This document shows, piece by piece, positions 61,648-64,000 of a DNA stretch of 64,000 nt. Each line of letters opens with the position of its first letter. Within the stretch, counting starts at the first letter, position 1. Both the position numbers and the translations under genes were made by a program. Source of the stretch: an uncultured Gammaproteobacteria bacterium (GTDB taxonomy: Bacteria > Pseudomonadota > Gammaproteobacteria > JACCXJ01); the NCBI GenBank assembly GCA_963764725.1, contig CAVXTM010000011.1:96001-160000 (forward strand), in the 5' to 3' direction. The notes beneath the pieces were generated by a model. It was given only the letters and a program-made list of their open reading frames with translations. It searched no databases and was not told the origin of the DNA.

Positions 61648-63210
61648 ATGAAAGTCCGCGCCAATTTCGCCATGGTTATGAATCTGGACAAGTGCATCGG
61701 CTGCCACACCTGTTCGGTGACCTGCAAGAACGTCTGGACCAACCGCAAGGGCATGGAGTACGTTTGGTTCAACAACGTCGAATCCAAACCCGGTATCGGT
61801 TACCCGAAGAACTGGGAGGACCAGGCCAAATGGAACGGCGGCTGGGTGGTGAAGGACGGCCAGCTCGAGCTCAAGTCGGGCGGCCGCGCCAGGCGGCTCA
61901 TGAATTTGTTCATGAATCCCGATCTGCCGGAGATCGACGACTACTACGAGCCCTTCACCTACGACTACGCCCATCTGCAGACGAGCCCGCTCGCCGAGGC
62001 CGCGCCCACCGCCCGGCCGCGCTCGCAGATCGACGGCCGCCCGATGGCGAAAATCGAGGGGGGGCCGAACTGGGAGGATGATCTGGCGGGCGCGTTCGAG
62101 AATCGGGCCCGGGACCGAAACTTCGAGGGCATCGAGAAGGAGATCTACGCCGAGTTCGAGCAGTCCTTCCTGATGTATTTGCCGCGGATCTGCAATCATT
62201 GCTTGAACCCTTCCTGCGTCGCAGCCTGCCCCTCGGGCTCTATGTACAAGCGAGAGGAAGACGGCATCGTGCTGGTCGATCAGAACAAGTGCCGAAGCTG
62301 GCGCATGTGCGTCTCGAGTTGTCCCTACAAGAAGGTGTTCTACAACTGGGAGTCCGGCAAGGCCGAGAAGTGCACCGCCTGTTACCCGCGCTGGGAGTCG
62401 GGGTTGCCGACCGTGTGCTCCGAGTCCTGTGTGGGACGCATCCGCTTCAACGGCATCATCCTCTACGACGCCGATCGCATCAGTGAGACGGCCGCGGTCG
62501 AGAACGAGCAAGACCTGTACGAGGCGCAGATGTCCATCTTTCTCGATCCCAATGATCCGGCGGTGGTTGTGCAGGCTAGCCTGGACGGGATCCCGGATTC
62601 CTGGATCGAGGCGGCGCAGAAATCACCCATCTACAAGCTCGTCATCGAATGGCAGGTCGCCTTCCCGATCCATCCCGAGTTCCGCACCCTGCCGATGGTC
62701 TGGTACGTCCCGCCGCTCTCCCCGGTGCAGGCGAGTATTGATCAGGGCGCGATCCCGACCGATCCGGAGCATGTGATCCCCAACGTCGAGATGCTGCGGA
62801 TGCCGATCAAGTACCTCGCGAACCTGCTCACCGCCGGGGATGAAGCCCCGATCGTGCGCGGATTGAAGCGCATGATCGCCATGCGCCAGTACTATCGATC
62901 GGTAGAGGTAGAAGGCAAACCGGACCTCAGAGTCCTCGAAGAAGTGGGTTTAACCGAGGTGCAGGTGAAGGAGATGTACCGCTACATGGCGCTCTCGAAG
63001 TACGAAGACCGTTACGTCATCCCGACCAGCCACGAGGAGCTGCGCCACGAGGACTCCCATGCCTTCCAGGGGCAAATGGGCTACACCTTCGGCAATGACA
63101 GTTGCTCGGTGGCGGGCAGACGAGTCGAGGTCAAGGTCATGCAATTCATTCCCAGGCCCAGGCCGGCGGCGCTGCGGAGAGGCTTGACCGAAAAGACCGG
63201 AAGCGAGTGA
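61648..63210 (+). CDS. narH: respiratory nitrate reductase beta subunit
   Basis: NLDKCIGCHTCSVTCKNVW, ICNHCLNPSCV, CRSWRMCVSSCPY and CSESCVGRIR. Confidence 0.96.
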   Translation: MKVRANFAMVMNLDKCIGCHTCSVTCKNVWTNRKGMEYVWFNNVESKPGIGYPKNWEDQAKWNGGWVVKDGQLELKSGGRARRLMNLFMNPDLPEIDDYYEPFTYDYAHLQTSPLAEAAPTARPRSQIDGRPMAKIEGGPNWEDDLAGAFENRARDRNFEGIEKEIYAEFEQSFLMYLPRICNHCLNPSCVAACPSGSMYKREEDGIVLVDQNKCRSWRMCVSSCPYKKVFYNWESGKAEKCTACYPRWESGLPTVCSESCVGRIRFNGIILYDADRISETAAVENEQDLYEAQMSIFLDPNDPAVVVQASLDGIPDSWIEAAQKSPIYKLVIEWQVAFPIHPEFRTLPMVWYVPPLSPVQASIDQGAIPTDPEHVIPNVEMLRMPIKYLANLLTAGDEAPIVRGLKRMIAMRQYYRSVEVEGKPDLRVLEEVGLTEVQVKEMYRYMALSKYEDRYVIPTSHEELRHEDSHAFQGQMGYTFGNDSCSVAGRRVEVKVMQFIPRPRPAALRRGLTEKTGSE

Positions 63211-63785
63211 TGTGGATCTACAAGCTACTCTCCGTGCTTTTGGAGTATCCGAGCGCCGAGCTTCGGCAACACCTGGCGGAAATCGAGCAGATGATCGGCG
63301 GCTTGGAAGCCGCCACGCCCGAGGACCAGCAGGCATTGTTGGATTTTATCGTCTGGGCGCAGGCTCTGCCTTTCACTGAGCTTCAGGAGCACTACGTCAA
63401 GACCTTTGATCTCACGCCCGACAACGCGCTGTATTTGACCCATCATCTCTTCGAGGAGCAAGACCGGGCGCGCGGCCCGGCGCTCGTCAAACTCAGCGAA
63501 TACTTCCAGGCTCAGGGTTACGCCATCGAGCACGGCGAGCTCCCTGATTATCTGCCGCTCCTGCTCGAATACGTCTCGACCTTGCCGGATGAACAAAACG
63601 CACGAAAGTTCTTGCACCAAGCCGTCGAGGTTGCGGCCTTACTCGCGCGGAATCTGGAGAACATGGAAAGTCCTTACGCGCTGTTGCTACGCATCGTCGA
63701 GCGGCAGGGCCAACTCGCGGAAGCGGTGGCCCATGAAGCGCCTCGCGGAGATCGAGATCAAGCGCAGGCGGCGGTGAATCAATAG
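63210..63785 (+). CDS. narJ: nitrate reductase assembly chaperone
   Basis: LLEYP, YVKTFD, RARGPAL, ELPDYLPL.LEY and SPY. Confidence 0.92.
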   Translation: MWIYKLLSVLLEYPSAELRQHLAEIEQMIGGLEAATPEDQQALLDFIVWAQALPFTELQEHYVKTFDLTPDNALYLTHHLFEEQDRARGPALVKLSEYFQAQGYAIEHGELPDYLPLLLEYVSTLPDEQNARKFLHQAVEVAALLARNLENMESPYALLLRIVERQGQLAEAVAHEAPRGDRDQAQAAVNQ

Positions 63786-63806
63786 CTATTGCGGTATTTT
63801 CGGCTC

Positions 63807-64000
63807 ATGTATCTGCACCAATTCTTCTACGGAGTTTACCCCTACATCGCGTTGAGCGTCTTTTTCCTGGGCAGCCTCATCCGCTTCGACCGCGAGCAAT
63901 ACACGTGGAAGGCCGATTCCAGCCAGTTGCTGGCGCGTGAGGAGTTACGCTTGGGCAGTAACCTCTTCCACATCGGCATCCTGGCCCTCTTAGCCGGCCA
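63807..64000 (+). CDS. narI: respiratory nitrate reductase gamma subunit (partial, runs off the window)
   Basis: MYLHQFFYGVYPYIAL...RFDREQYTWKADSSQLL...GSNLFHIGIL. Confidence 0.93.
   Translation, partial: MYLHQFFYGVYPYIALSVFFLGSLIRFDREQYTWKADSSQLLAREELRLGSNLFHIGILALLAG

Noticed and set aside
58009-64000. Nitrite oxidoreductase (Nitrobacter-type NXR)
   Set aside because: Beta subunit begins VMNLDKCIGCHTCSVTCKNVW and the order is G-H-J-I, both Nar-like; a phylogeny would be definitive.

Overview
GC-rich bacterial chromosomal window, by gene content most likely a gammaproteobacterial methylotroph (inference from xoxF plus H4MPT/methanofuran biosynthesis genes). Left to right: (1) heavy-metal region at 1-13.0 kb with two CDF-type transporters, merR-merTP-(membrane protein/HMA)-merA, a scar of gene fragments, a Cys-rich leader ORF and a cusCBA-type RND pump; (2) NRDE, Vgb-like and ICL/PEP-mutase genes; (3) sigma54-type torF-glnK-amtB-PII ammonium uptake locus; (4) aroE and rsmA with a DnaA-box/AT-rich spacer; (5) clade-D beta-carbonic anhydrase, methanethiol oxidase (in-frame TAG) and a SCO-MauG fusion; (6) GT4-DUF374 fusion plus MFS; (7) tRNA-Asn, a RAYT remnant and a four-gene lipoprotein/S41 protease/membrane-TIR operon, the best candidate for an undescribed system; (8) mprF, Prx6, ybaL, NTT-like MFS and AKR; (9) beta-propeller/di-haem cytochrome c; (10) HDO-carbamoyltransferase pair; (11) dynamin/EHD-like GTPase; (12) xoxF, cysC and an H4MPT/MFR cluster; (13) 5'-truncated narG followed by narHJI. 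Several short frameshifts in otherwise intact genes suggest long-read indel errors, so pseudogene calls are provisional. All calls come from motif recognition by eye; no searches were run.
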